A stretch of DNA of 64,000 nt from an uncultured Actinomycetes bacterium (GTDB lineage Bacteria; Actinomycetota; Thermoleophilia; Gaiellales; JALYLC01), in contig CAVPLI010000002.1 of NCBI GenBank assembly GCA_963705965.1, forward strand, positions 66,500 through 130,499, read 5' to 3'. Positions within the stretch are counted from its first letter, which is position 1. Each line of letters opens with the position of its first letter. Shown here piece after piece: positions 17,172-27,601 of this stretch. A program made the translations under genes and the position numbers. The notes under the pieces are model-generated. The model was not told where the DNA came from. It saw nothing but the letters and a program-made list of their open reading frames with translations, and did no database searches.

Positions 17172-19731
17172 TCACGCCAGCAGCCGGCTCAGCGTCACGC
17201 TGGTGCCGCGCTCGTCGTGCTCGATCGTCGTCATGTCCATCACCGCGCGCATCAGCGGAATGCCGCGGCCGCGCTCGAAGCTGGGCGTGGTCTGGTGCCA
17301 TGCGCCGCGGTCCGCGATGCGGATCGAGAGCGCGCCGTCGCGATGCTCGACCTGCAGATGGATCGCGCCCGGCTTCTCCCGGTAGGCGTGCTCGATCGCG
17401 TTGTTGCAGGCCTCGCTGACGGCGAGGACGGTGTCGTCGCGCTCGTTCTCGGCCAGCCCGCGCAGCTCGAGCCAGATGCGCAGACGTCTGCGCAGATCGG
17501 CGAGGGCCGCCGGGTCGCATGGCACCTCGACGTCCATGCGCTGGGGCACCTCGAGCAGGCGGACGATCAGGAGCGCGATGTCGTCGGAGGATCCGATGTG
17601 CGGTGCGACCTCCGCGAAGATCCGGTCGGCGAGCGGATCCGCGCCGAGCGAGGACGACGCGCCGACGACGGACGCGAGCAGGTCGATGCCGGTGTCGATG
17701 CTCCAGCCCCGCTTCTCGACGAGCCCGTCGGTGTACGCGACGAGCGTGCCGCCGGCGGGCAGCTCGACCATGGCTTCGCGGATCTCGGACGGATCGACGT
17801 AGCCGAGCGGCGGCGCGAGCGCGTGCCCGAGGCGCTCGACGACGGCGCTGTCGCCGTTCACGAGCAGCGACGGCGGGTGTCCCGCGGATGCGTAGGTGAG
17901 CTCCTGCGTGTAGGGATCGAGCGTCAGGCACAGCGCCGTCGCCATCTCGTCCTCGTCGACGTGCCGGAGCATGCGCCGCAGCACGTCGGCGGGCGACGTG
18001 TGCTCGTAGGCGTGCGCGCGGAAGGCGTTCCGCAGCTGGCCCATCAGCACGGCGGCGGTCACGCCGTGGCCGGCGACGTCGCCGACGGTCACGTGCACGA
18101 TGCCGTCGGAGCGCCGGATCGCGTCGTACCAGTCGCCGCCGATCAGCAGGCCGGCCCCGCCCGCGTTGTAGCGGCCGATCAGCTCGACCCCTTCGATGTC
18201 GGGAAGGTGGCTGGAGAGCAGGCTGCGCTGCAGCCGCACGGCGACCTCGTGCTCGCGCTCGAACGCGGTCGTGCGGTCGAACGCCTGCGCGGCCTGCTCG
18301 GCGTACCAGGCGACCTGCGCCTGCTCGCTCTCGTCCAGCGGATGCGTGTGCGCGAACAGCAGGCAGAGCGCGCCGAGGCGGTTGCCGCCGCTGTTCACGA
18401 GCGGCGTCGCGTAGAACGAATGCGCTTCTCCGAGCAGTGCCCGGTGCACACCCGGGAGCGTCGCCCGCAGATCGGTGTCCTTGCCGATCACGATCGCCGC
18501 GCCGGAGTCGAACGCCAGCGTGGCCGCCTGCGAGACCACGAGGTCGAGCGCGTCGGCGCTCGAGTGGAACACTCCCTCGGACGACGCGGAGAGCTCGAGG
18601 CCGTGATGATCCTCGGCGTCCAGCGCGACGACGCAGAGCGCGCCCGGAAAGGCATCGGCGAGACCGGCCACGAGGCCGTCGGAGACCTCGCGTGCCGAGC
18701 GAGGCGCTGCCGAGGATGCGGCTGAGGTCGCTGCGCTGGCGCGCTCGCGTGCGCTCGCGCTCGGCCCCGCGACGGCCGCGCAGGAGGATGAAGCCGATCA
18801 GGAAGAGCACGATCGACGCCGCCGCCGTGACGAGCGCGAGCTCGAGGAAGAGCCCGCGGCGGGCGTCTGCGAAGAGCACCGAGCGCGGCTGGTCGATCAC
18901 GATCGTCCAGCCCGGGATGGACGACACCGTGTAGGCCACCGCGTGATTGTCCGATCCGTCGAGACCGGGCGTGTCCGCGATGATTCCCGTCCCGCGCAGG
19001 GAATCGACCAGCGACGTGTTGGTCGGATCGCCGGCGCCGCTGAGCAGCGAGCGGCCGTCGCGGTCGAGGACGACCACGCCGGGCCCGCCGAGGTCGAGCG
19101 ATCCCTTGGTGATCGCGAACGGGCGGCTCAGCAGTGCGGCCGTGAGCACGCCCGTCATGCGCCCGCCGGCATCCATGGTGGGCACCGCCATGACGATCAC
19201 GCGCGCGCCGTCCACGCGGCTCTCGAGGCCCTCGCTCACGTACGGCTTCTCGGTGGCGAGCACGTTCCAGAAATACGACCGGTCGGACAGATCGAGATGC
19301 CGCGCGACGGCGCCGGGCGACGTGGAGACCCGGACGCGGCCCGAGGTGTCCAGCCAGCCGAGCCCTGCGTTGAACGCGCGGCCGTCGCCGCTCTGGAGGC
19401 GCTCGAAGTAGTCGCGCATGGCCGGGGCGTCGCGGTTGACGACCGAAGGCGCGCCGGCGATCGCCCGCAGAGCGGCAAGCTCCCCCTTGAAGTACGTGTC
19501 GACGACGCTGCCCGCGACGACCGCGCGTGCGCGTTCGCTGCGCAGTGCCGTGCGCTGCGCCGACTGGTACTGGCCCCAGGCGAGCGCCCCGGCCACCGTC
19601 ACGAGCAGCAGCACGGCGAGCAGCAGCCCGATCGCAAGCTGGCGGCGGTTGGCGATCCCGCCACGCGTGAACGCGTCTTCGATCTCCGGGGGCGGGCCGG
19701 GCTCGTGCGATCTGCCGTGGGGCCGATTCAC
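17172..19731 (-). pseudogene. membrane sensor: TM-dCache-TM-GAF-PP2C(SpoIIE)-HATPase_c (RsbU/RsbW fusion), one +1 frame change as assembled
   Basis: The frame starting at 19731 gives TM, a Cache-like domain (DRSYFWNVL...) and TM up to ...DLSRILGSASL. ORF 17172-18671 and its upstream extension continue with AREVSDGLVAGLADAF... (GAF), GGDWYD...GDVAGHG (PP2C) and ACNNAIEHA...RGRGIPLM (kinase). The junction is at about 18696. Confidence 0.75.
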
Positions 19732-19947
19732 GCGGAGCCCCGGCCGCCGGCTCGCGCGGTGCGCGGGCGGAGAGCGGCGGGCGAGCGTCGCGAAGGGGTG
19801 ACGGCAGGAATTCGTTGCATCAGGAACAAGTGCCGTTTCTCACGCTAGTCGAAGAAATCGCGCCTGCCGGGATGCGCATCGACCCGGGAGCCTTGCCAGG
19901 GTCGCTCGCTACGCTGCGGCCTCGCGATCCCGACGGAAGGTGCTCGG

Positions 19948-20505
19948 ATGAAGGCCCTCGTGATCGTCGACATGCTCGACGACTTCGTGACCGGCGCTCT
20001 CGCCAACCCGCATGCAGAGCGCATCCTCGACCCGCTCGGGCGCCTGCTCGCGCACGCGCGCAGCAGCGAGGACTGGGTCGTCGTGTTCTCGAACGACGCC
20101 CATGACCCGTCGGATCCCGAGTTGCGCGTCTGGGGCGAGCACGCGCTCGCCGGTACCCCCGGCGCTCAGGTCGTCGCCGAGCTCGAGCCGCACCCGGGGC
20201 CGCGGGAGATCGTCTCGCCGAAGCGCGCCTACGGCGCGTTCGACGGCACCGGCCTCGACGAGCAACTCAAGGCCCTCGGCGTGGACGAGGTGGTCATCAC
20301 CGGTCAGCACACGCACATCTGCGTCCGCCACAGCTCGTACGGCGCGCTCATCCGCGGCTATCGCGTGACGGTCCCGCGCGACGCCGTCTGCACGTTCGAG
20401 GGCGTGAACGAGGACGAGGCGCTCGAGTACCTCGTGATGGCCTACGGCGCGGACGTGACCGACGTCGCGGCGCTCACGGGTGCGCCGGCGGCCGTCCGGT
20501 CCTGA
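19948..20505 (+). CDS. isochorismatase-family cysteine hydrolase (nicotinamidase-like)
   Basis: ALVIVDMLDDF and the catalytic Cys context VVITGQHTHICVRHS. Confidence 0.85.
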   Translation: MKALVIVDMLDDFVTGALANPHAERILDPLGRLLAHARSSEDWVVVFSNDAHDPSDPELRVWGEHALAGTPGAQVVAELEPHPGPREIVSPKRAYGAFDGTGLDEQLKALGVDEVVITGQHTHICVRHSSYGALIRGYRVTVPRDAVCTFEGVNEDEALEYLVMAYGADVTDVAALTGAPAAVRS

Positions 20506-20649
20506 CCGCCGAGGAGGGGTACTGCCACCCACCGGCAGTGATGGAAATCCGCCAGAGATTGACGCTTCCTCGGTACCGATTGAGATCCTATAGGACGTAG
20601 GATTTCGGTGATATCGGCGATCGGCGATCAGAGGAAGGGAGCACCATGC

Positions 20650-21893
20650 GTGGGCTCGTCTCCAGATCCAGGATCATTCGCGCGAAGGCGTGGTCGACCG
20701 GGCGCACTGCTGGGGGTCAGTGCGGTTCTGCTGGTGGTCATGGCATTCCCGGCTGCTGCGTCGCAGACGCACAAGCCCAAGCACAAGGGCGATGGCAGCA
20801 TCACTGTCAGCAAGGCGCCCTATGGCACGCTGGCCGATGGCACTGCCATCGACCAATTCACGCTCGCGAACAAGCGTGGAATGACGGTGAAGATCATCAC
20901 CTACGGTGGCATCGTCACCGAGATCAACACGCCCGATCGCAAGGGCGCCGTCGCGAACGTCGCGCTCGGCTTCAACAACCTGGCCGACTACGTGGCCAAG
21001 AGCCCGTACTTCGGATCGATCACCGGGCGCTATGCGAACCGCATCGCGAATGGCACGTTCACGCTCGACGGCATCGTCTACACGCTGGCCAAGAACAACG
21101 GGCCGAATTCGCTGCACGGTGGCATCAAGGGCTTCGACAAGGTGGTGTGGAAGGGCACCACCGTGCCCGGAGGCGTCACGTTCAGCTACACCAGCCCGGA
21201 CGGCGAGGAAGGCTATCCGGGCACGCTCAAGACCGACGTGACGTACACGCTCACGAACAAGAACGAGCTGAAGATCGACTACCACGCCACCACCGACAAG
21301 GCGACAGTCGTCAATCTCACGAACCACACGTACTTCAATCTCGGCGGTGAGGGCACGGGCACCATCGAGGACCACGTGCTCTGGCTCAAGGCGCACAACT
21401 ACACGCCGGTCGACGCGACGCTCATCCCGACCGGCGAGATCGCGCCGGTCGCGGGCACGCCGTTCGACTTCACGACGCCGACGGCGATCGGCGCGCGCAT
21501 CCGCGACGCGCATCCGCAGATCGTGATCGGTCAGGGGTACGACCACAACTTCGTGATCGACCGGCCCGCGGGCGACACCTCGCTGACCCTGATCTCGACG
21601 GTCGCCGACCCGACCAGCGGGCGGGTACTGAAGACGTGGACGACCGAGCCGGGAGCCCAGCTCTACACCGGCAACTTCCTCGACGGCACGCTCGTCGGCC
21701 CGAGCGGTCACACCTACCGACAGGGCGATGCGTTCGCTCTCGAGACCCAGCACTATCCGGACTCGCCGAACCATCCCGCGTTCCCGTCGACGGTGCTGCG
21801 CCCCGGCGGGGTCTACACCAGCACGACGGTCTACGCCTTCAGCGCCGATGGACACGGCCCAAGGCCGCGCACAGCACGAAGAGCAAGCACTAG
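20650..21893 (+). CDS. galM: aldose 1-epimerase (galactose mutarotase), secreted; natural stop displaced by a probable 1-nt deletion
   Basis: GTG 20650 lies 8 nt after GGAAGGGAG and is followed by a signal peptide. Mutarotase blocks are present (GRYANRIANGTFTLDG, NNGPNSLHGG, NLTNHTYFNL, ALETQHYPDSPNH). As assembled, the frame stays open to 22680 (ORF 20608-22680). GC3-rich codons continue in the -1 frame to TAG 21891. Confidence 0.8.
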
Positions 21894-21945
21894 ACGCAGG
21901 CAGAGCGACCGCCGCCTCGCAGCCGCCGGGCTGCGAGGCGGGTCG

Positions 21946-23251
21946 CTACTCGCGCACGGCGTTGACGACGCCGTCGCAGAACTCCGCGACGGCGATGTCG
22001 TCGATCAGCTGATTCCAGCCGGGCTGGTCGAACGGCACGGGCAGCCCGTGGTTCGTCAGCAGGATGGCGATCAGCTCGCGCTTGGGGTCGATCCACATGA
22101 ACGTGCCGGCGCCGCCGGACTTGCCGTACGAGCCGGGCGAGAGGCGCATGCCGCCGGGCGAGAAGCGGTGCGTCCAGAGCTCGAAGCCGTAGCCCTTGGG
22201 CGTGAACAGGAGGTTCGTGGTCGGGTCCTGATCGGTCGCGGCCTCGGTCACCTGCGGCGTCTGGTTGGCGACCATCGCGGCCACCAGCTTCTTGGGCAGG
22301 AGGCGCACGTCGCCGTAGGAGCCGCCGTTGAGGATCATCTGGCTGAAGACGGCGACATTGCGCGCGGTCGCGAAGACGCCGTCGCAGCCGACGATGCCGC
22401 CGACCTTCCAGTCCTGGTCGTCCTGCACGGTTCCGCGCAACGGTCCGGGGCGCAGGCCGCAGCGAGCCGGGGCCGGTCGCGGCGCAGCGCGGCACGAGCG
22501 AGGCAGGCGGGTTGTAGGTCGTGTCGGCCATGCCGAGCGGGCCCCAGATCTCGCGCTTCGCGAACGCGTCGAGGTTCTTGCCGGCGACCGCCTCGATCAC
22601 CCGCCCGAGCAGGCGGTAGCCGAGATCGGAGTACTCCACCATCGAGCCCGTCGGGTACTCGAGCGGCGTCTCCTCCATGAAGCGCCAGATCGCGTCGATG
22701 TCGTCGGTGTCGACCTTCTGGTTGTCGATCGGCAGGCCCGAGGAGTAGCGCAGCAGATCGCGTACGAGGACGCCGTCCTTGCCGTTCGTGGCGAAGTGCG
22801 GCAGGTACTTCGCGACCGGCGCGGTCAGGGAGAGCTTGCCGCGGTCGACGAGCAGCATGGCGGCCGTCGCGGTCGCGAGCACCTTCGTCATCGACTCGAG
22901 GTCGTAGATCGTGTCGGTCGTCGTCGCCTCGCTCGATCCTGCGACGCGGACGCCGAACGCGCGCTCGCCGACGATGACGCCGCGGCGGGCGACGAGTGCG
23001 ACGGCGCCCGGGAAGCGACCGTCGGTGGCCCGGCGCGCAACGCGGGCGAAGGCGTCCTCGAGTGTCTCGGCGTCCATTCCCACATCGCCCGCGCGACCGT
23101 CCACGAGCACGTGCGAGCGGTGCATGTGGTGAGGCGCGCGCCCGCTGGTGCGAGCACCGGCGACCTCGGGCGCGACTGCCAGGCCGATCGCGGTTGCGCC
23201 TGTCAGGCGCGCGAGCGCGCCGCGGCTGATGCGTGGCCCCTGCAGTTCCAT
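21946..23251 (-). pseudogene. serine hydrolase (beta-lactamase/PBP4-like family), one +1 frame change as assembled
   Basis: The N-terminal part (frame of 23251) carries SMTK (SxxK) and runs to ...LVPRCAATGPGSLR. ORF 21946-22440 gives the C-terminal part (PLRGTVQDD...GKSGGAGTFMWIDP). The junction is near the GGGG run at 22447-22450. Confidence 0.75.
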
Positions 23252-23359
23252 CTCCGTTCCTCCTCGTCAGCGCGCAGCATACGTCGCGGCGTCGCGCGCG
23301 TCGCGCGCGGCCGTACGCAGCACGGGCATGCATCGGCGGCCGATCGGGCATCACTCCGG

Positions 23360-24344
23360 ATGGGCGCCTTCAATCGCAGCGTGGAGCGGCTCGACCGCTT
23401 CCAGCAGCGCCACCGGGTGCTCGCGCTTCCCGTTCGCGGTGCGCCAGAAGTTCGCCGAGGATCAGGGCGGCTATCTGGCCGCCAGCGTCACGTACTACGC
23501 GTTCTTCTCGATCTTCCCGCTGCTGCTCGTCCTCGTCACGCTGCTGGGCTACGCGCTCGAGGGCGATCCCGACCTGCAGCGCAGGGTGCTCGACTCCGCG
23601 CTCGCCGACTTCCCGGTGATCGGCCCGCAGCTGCGAGGACAACGTCCACTCGCTGACCGGCAGCGCGGCCGCCGCTCGTGATCGGGATCGGCGTCGCCGT
23701 ATGGGCGGGCACCGGCGTGGCGCTCGCGGTCGAGAACGCGCTCGACCACATCTGGGGCGTGCCGATCCGGCGCCGTGCGAACCCGCTGATGTCGCCGGCT
23801 GCGTGCGCTCCTCTGGATCGCGGTGCTCGGCGGCACCACGATCCTCGGCACCGTGCTCGCGTCGGCGAGCGCGATCGCGAACTACGGCCCGGCCGTCCGC
23901 GCGCTCGCGCTGATCGTCTCGCTCGCGCATCAACATCGCGGTGTTCGTGGGGGTCTTCCGCGTGCTCACGAGCGCACCGCCCGAGCTGGCGCGAGCTGCT
24001 GCCCGGCGCGCTCGTCGCGGCGGTCGCGTGGGAGGTGCTGCAGACGCTCGGCGGCTACATCGTCGACCACCAGCTGCGCCACGCGTCGGACACCTACGGC
24101 GTCTTCGCGATCGTCATCGGGCTGCTCGTCGTGGATGTACCTCGGCGCGATGGTGACGTTGCTGTCGGCCGAGGTCAACGTCGTCCACGCGCGCAAGCTC
24201 TGGCCGCGGAGCTTCTCGCTGATCAGCGAGCAACCGCTGACGGCCGGGGACGAGGACGCGCTGCGCCAGCGCGCCGGGGTGGAGGAGCGCCGCGCCGACG
24301 AGGACGTGAGCGTCGCGTTCGAGGCGCCCGAGCGAAAAGTTTGA
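23360..24344 (+). pseudogene. YihY/BrkB-family membrane protein, seven consecutive +1 frame changes
   Basis: The family-typical sequence MGAFNRSVERLDRFQQRHRVLA|FPFAVRQKFAEDQGGYLAASVTYYAFFSIFPLLL...PVIGPQLR|DNVHSLTGSAAA|VIGIGVAVWAGTGVALAVENALDHIWGVP...|RLRALLWIAVLGG...LIVSLA|INIAVFVGVFRVLTSAPP|SWRELLPGALVAAVAWEVLQ...VIGLL|SWMYLGAMVTLLSAEVN... is only recovered by stepping the frame +1. The steps are at about 23426, 23637, 23677, 23791, 23928, 23982 and 24128. Confidence 0.75.
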
Positions 24345-24372
24345 CGGAGCGCGTCTCCGGCAATCACCCTGC

Positions 24373-25275
24373 ATGCCGCGCGCACTCTGGAGCGGAGCGA
24401 TCTCGTTCGGTCTCGTCAACGTGCCGGTGCGCATGTACACGGCGATCAGCGAGCACAACGTGCACTTCAACATGCTGCGCGCCAAGGACGCCGAGCGGAT
24501 CCATTACCGCAAGGTCGCCGGCTCGAGCGGCCGCGAGGTGCCGGACGATCAGATCGTCAAGGGCTATGAGATCTCGGACGGCGAGTACGTCACGCTGACC
24601 GACGAGGAGATCGCCGCCGCCCACGTCGAGGGCGACAAGGTGATCGAGATCCACGAGTTCGTGCCGCTCGAGGAGATCGATCCGCTCGTGTTCGAGCGGA
24701 CGTACTACCTCGGCCCGGCCGATGGCGCCGAGCGGGTCTACGCGCTGTTCGCGAAGGCGCTCGAGTCGTCGGGCCTGGTGGGCATCGCGAGCTTCGTGTT
24801 CCACGACCGCGACCAGCTCGCCGCCGTGCGCACGAAGGACGGCGCGCTGCTGCTCTCCCGCATGTACTTCGCCGACGAGATCCGCGACGACGACGGCATC
24901 CTCCCCGACCGCAAGCGCTCGGTGGACAAGCGCGAGCTGAAGCTCGCCACCGACCTGATCGAGCGGATGCAGGGCACCTTCGACCACTCGGCCTACCACG
25001 ACCGCTATCGCGACCGCCTGATGGCGATCATCCAGAAGAAGCGCAAGGGCGAGACGATCACGGCGCCCGAGGTCGAGGAGCGGAAGGCGCCCTCGGATCT
25101 CATGGAGGCGCTCGAGGCCAGCCTCTCGGAGGCGGTCGGGCGCAGCAAGGCGAGGAAGGCGCCCGCTGCGGCTCGCAGCACGCCGGAGAAGAAGGCCGCG
25201 CGGAAGAAATCGCCGAAGCCGGCCAAGCCCGGAAAGACCGCGAGGAAGAAGGCCGCCAAGCCGACCGGCTCGTGA
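24373..25275 (+). CDS. ku: NHEJ DNA end-binding protein Ku
   Basis: MPRALWSGAISFGLVNVPVRMYTA is the canonical bacterial Ku start. The C-terminal tail is Lys/Ala/Pro-rich. Confidence 0.92.
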   Translation: MPRALWSGAISFGLVNVPVRMYTAISEHNVHFNMLRAKDAERIHYRKVAGSSGREVPDDQIVKGYEISDGEYVTLTDEEIAAAHVEGDKVIEIHEFVPLEEIDPLVFERTYYLGPADGAERVYALFAKALESSGLVGIASFVFHDRDQLAAVRTKDGALLLSRMYFADEIRDDDGILPDRKRSVDKRELKLATDLIERMQGTFDHSAYHDRYRDRLMAIIQKKRKGETITAPEVEERKAPSDLMEALEASLSEAVGRSKARKAPAAARSTPEKKAARKKSPKPAKPGKTARKKAAKPTGS

Positions 25276-25329
25276 TCGCTCGTTCTCGGCAGGCACGGGC
25301 GGACGCGATCGTGCATCCTCTCCTGGCGC

Positions 25330-26319
25330 ATGGCTGAGCATCTCGAGGAGTACCGGGCCAAGCGCCACGCCGGCAAGACGCCCGAGCCGCTGAAGCCGAC
25401 GCGCAAGCGAAAGCGCGGCGATCCGCTCTTCATCGTCCAGCGCCATTCCGCGCGCCGGTTGCACTACGACCTCAGGCTCGAGCGCGACGGCGTGCTGCTC
25501 AGCTGGGCGCTCCCGCGCGGCGTGCCGCTGCGGGCGGGCGAGCGCGCGCTCGCGGTGCACGTCGAGGACCACCCGCTCGAGTACGCCGACTTCGAGGGCG
25601 AGATCCCGCACGGGCAGTACGGCGCCGGCTACGTCGAGCTGTGGGATCGCGGCACCTACGAGCTCGTGCGCGAGCGCCCGGACGGCACGCTCACCGTGAT
25701 TCTGCACGGCGGCAAGCTGGAGGGCGAATGGGCGCTCGTCCCGGCCAAGCTGGACGGCGAGGAACGCAACTGGCTGATCGTGCGCGCCTCGAAGGACGGG
25801 GCGGCAGGCCCGCAGCGCGGCTACGAGCCGATGGTTCCCCGCGCGGCCAAGCGGGTGCCGGCCGGAGCCGACTGGGCATTCGAGATCGCCTGGGACGGAG
25901 TGCGCGCGCTCGCTCCCATGGAGGGGACGCGGGCGCACTTCCAGCACGACGCCGGCGACGAGCTCGACGAGCGCACCAAGCAGTTGCTCGCGCGCATGCC
26001 CCGGGCCGTGCGCACGAGCGACTGCGTGCTCGACGGCGTGATCTGCTCGTTTCCGGAGGGCGTCGTCTACGTCGTCACCGACCTGCTCGACCTCGAGGGC
26101 GCGTCGCTGATCGACCTGCCGTGGTGCGACAGGCGCACGCGACTGACGGGCCTGCTCGACGACCACGTGGGCGAGGTGCGTCTCTCACGCGACTACGACG
26201 ACGGTCCGGCGCTGCGCACGGCTGCACGCGCTCAGGGCCTCGGAATCGTGGCCAAGCGCCGCAAGTCGCCGTACCGGCCGGGCGTCGTCAGCGACGACTG
26301 GCGGCTGCTGCAGCCCTAG
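25330..26319 (+). CDS. LigD-like protein: 3'-phosphoesterase domain fused to a degenerate, truncated ligase nucleotidyltransferase module
   Basis: The PE domain looks intact (FIVQRHSARRLHYDLRLE...SWALPRGVP...VEDHPLEYADFEGEIP). The downstream module aligns by eye to the LigD ligase core but reads FEIAWDG where KxDG is expected, VLDGV for LDGE and WRLLQP for WxKxK. It stops before any OB fold. Confidence 0.8.
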   Translation: MAEHLEEYRAKRHAGKTPEPLKPTRKRKRGDPLFIVQRHSARRLHYDLRLERDGVLLSWALPRGVPLRAGERALAVHVEDHPLEYADFEGEIPHGQYGAGYVELWDRGTYELVRERPDGTLTVILHGGKLEGEWALVPAKLDGEERNWLIVRASKDGAAGPQRGYEPMVPRAAKRVPAGADWAFEIAWDGVRALAPMEGTRAHFQHDAGDELDERTKQLLARMPRAVRTSDCVLDGVICSFPEGVVYVVTDLLDLEGASLIDLPWCDRRTRLTGLLDDHVGEVRLSRDYDDGPALRTAARAQGLGIVAKRRKSPYRPGVVSDDWRLLQP

Positions 26320-26349
26320 GCCGCTCGCGCGTCCTCCCTCACCCGGGGG

Positions 26350-27601
26350 ATGGCCGCATGGCCCGTTCGGATCGATGCAGATCGTATGAGCGCGGTACTC
26401 GGGCGCCCGTCCGTGCGCGCGCACGGGCTGGCAGTTGGCGCGCTCCGAGTCGGGCAGTGGCTCCTCCTGTGCGTGCTGCCGCTCGCGATCGTCGGGACGA
26501 CGCTCGTCGCGAGCTTCCACACCGGCACGGGCGCGTGGGCGCTCGACTTCAACGGCAACTTCGTGATCCCGGCGCGGGACATCCTGCACGGCGTCTCGCC
26601 CTACCACCCCGCGTATCTCGAGCGCGTACGCGATGCGGTCGCGGCCGGCCATCAGCCGGACGAGTTCTCGCGCGGCGTGTTCGCGACCTATCCGGCGCCC
26701 GCGCTGCTGATCGGCGTGCCGTTCACCTATCTGCCCGCAGCCGTCGCCGAGTGGCTCTGGGTCGGGCTGAGCATCGCATCCGCGGCACTCGCGTTCCGCC
26801 TCGTCGGCGTGCGCGACTGGCGCGTCTACGGCGCCGCGCTGCTGGCGCCGGCGGTCGGTACGTCGCTCTCGTACGGCACGGTGCAGTGCTTCCTCATGCT
26901 CGGCCTCGCAGCGACCTGGCGGTGGCGCGACCACGCCTGGCGGGGCGGCCTCGCGCTCGGCGCGCTGATCGCGATCAAGCTGATCTTCGTCCCGCTGATC
27001 GCCTGGCTCCTGTTCACCCGCCGCTGGGCCTGCGCCGCGGTCGCCGCCGCCTCGTCCGCCGCGCTGTGCCTGGCCTCATGGGCTGCGATCGGCTTCGACG
27101 GCTTCACGGACTACCCGCACGTGCTCTCGCTGCTCACCCAGATCGAGAAGACGCAGGGCTTCTCGAGCGGCTCCTACGTGCTCTCGCTGGGACTCGGCGA
27201 CGGTATCGCCAAGGCCATGCCCTACGCGCTCGGCTGCTGCGTGATCGGCCTGCTCTGGCTCGCGATCCGGCGCGGCGGCGAGCACGCCGACGCCTACGGC
27301 TTCCTGCTCGCGACGCTCGCGGTGATCGCGTTCTCGCCGATCGTGTGGCTGCACTACCTCGCGCTGCTGCTGGTGCCGGTCGCCGTGCTGCGACCGAGGC
27401 TCGAGCATCGCCTGGTTCGTGCCCTGCGTGATGTGGGTGATGCCGTTCGCCGCGTTCACGCCGGCCAACACGATTCACCGCACCGTGTTCCTGGTCGCCC
27501 TGCTCGGCACCGTGATCTTCGCCATCGGCCCGCGCGCCGTCGCCGCGCTGCTGAGTGGCCGGTCGCGCGTCGAAGCTGGCACACTGCCCTCGTGGCGATG
27601 A
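26350..27601 (+). pseudogene. GT87/DUF2029-like polytopic glycosyltransferase, one +1 frame change near the 3' end
   Basis: Many TM helices. The frame of 26350 is sensible up to ...LLLVPVAVLRPRL. The hydrophobic tail SIAWFVPCVMWVMPFAAF...VFLVALLGTVIFAIG continues in the frame of ORF 27419-27601. The junction is at about 27403. Confidence 0.7.

Noticed and set aside
20608-20652. ATG 20646 with an excellent RBS, suggesting another frameshift at the 5' end of galM.
   Set aside because: GTG 20650 is in the mutarotase frame, 8 nt from the same GGAAGGGAG RBS, and gives a normal signal peptide. No frame change needs to be invoked.
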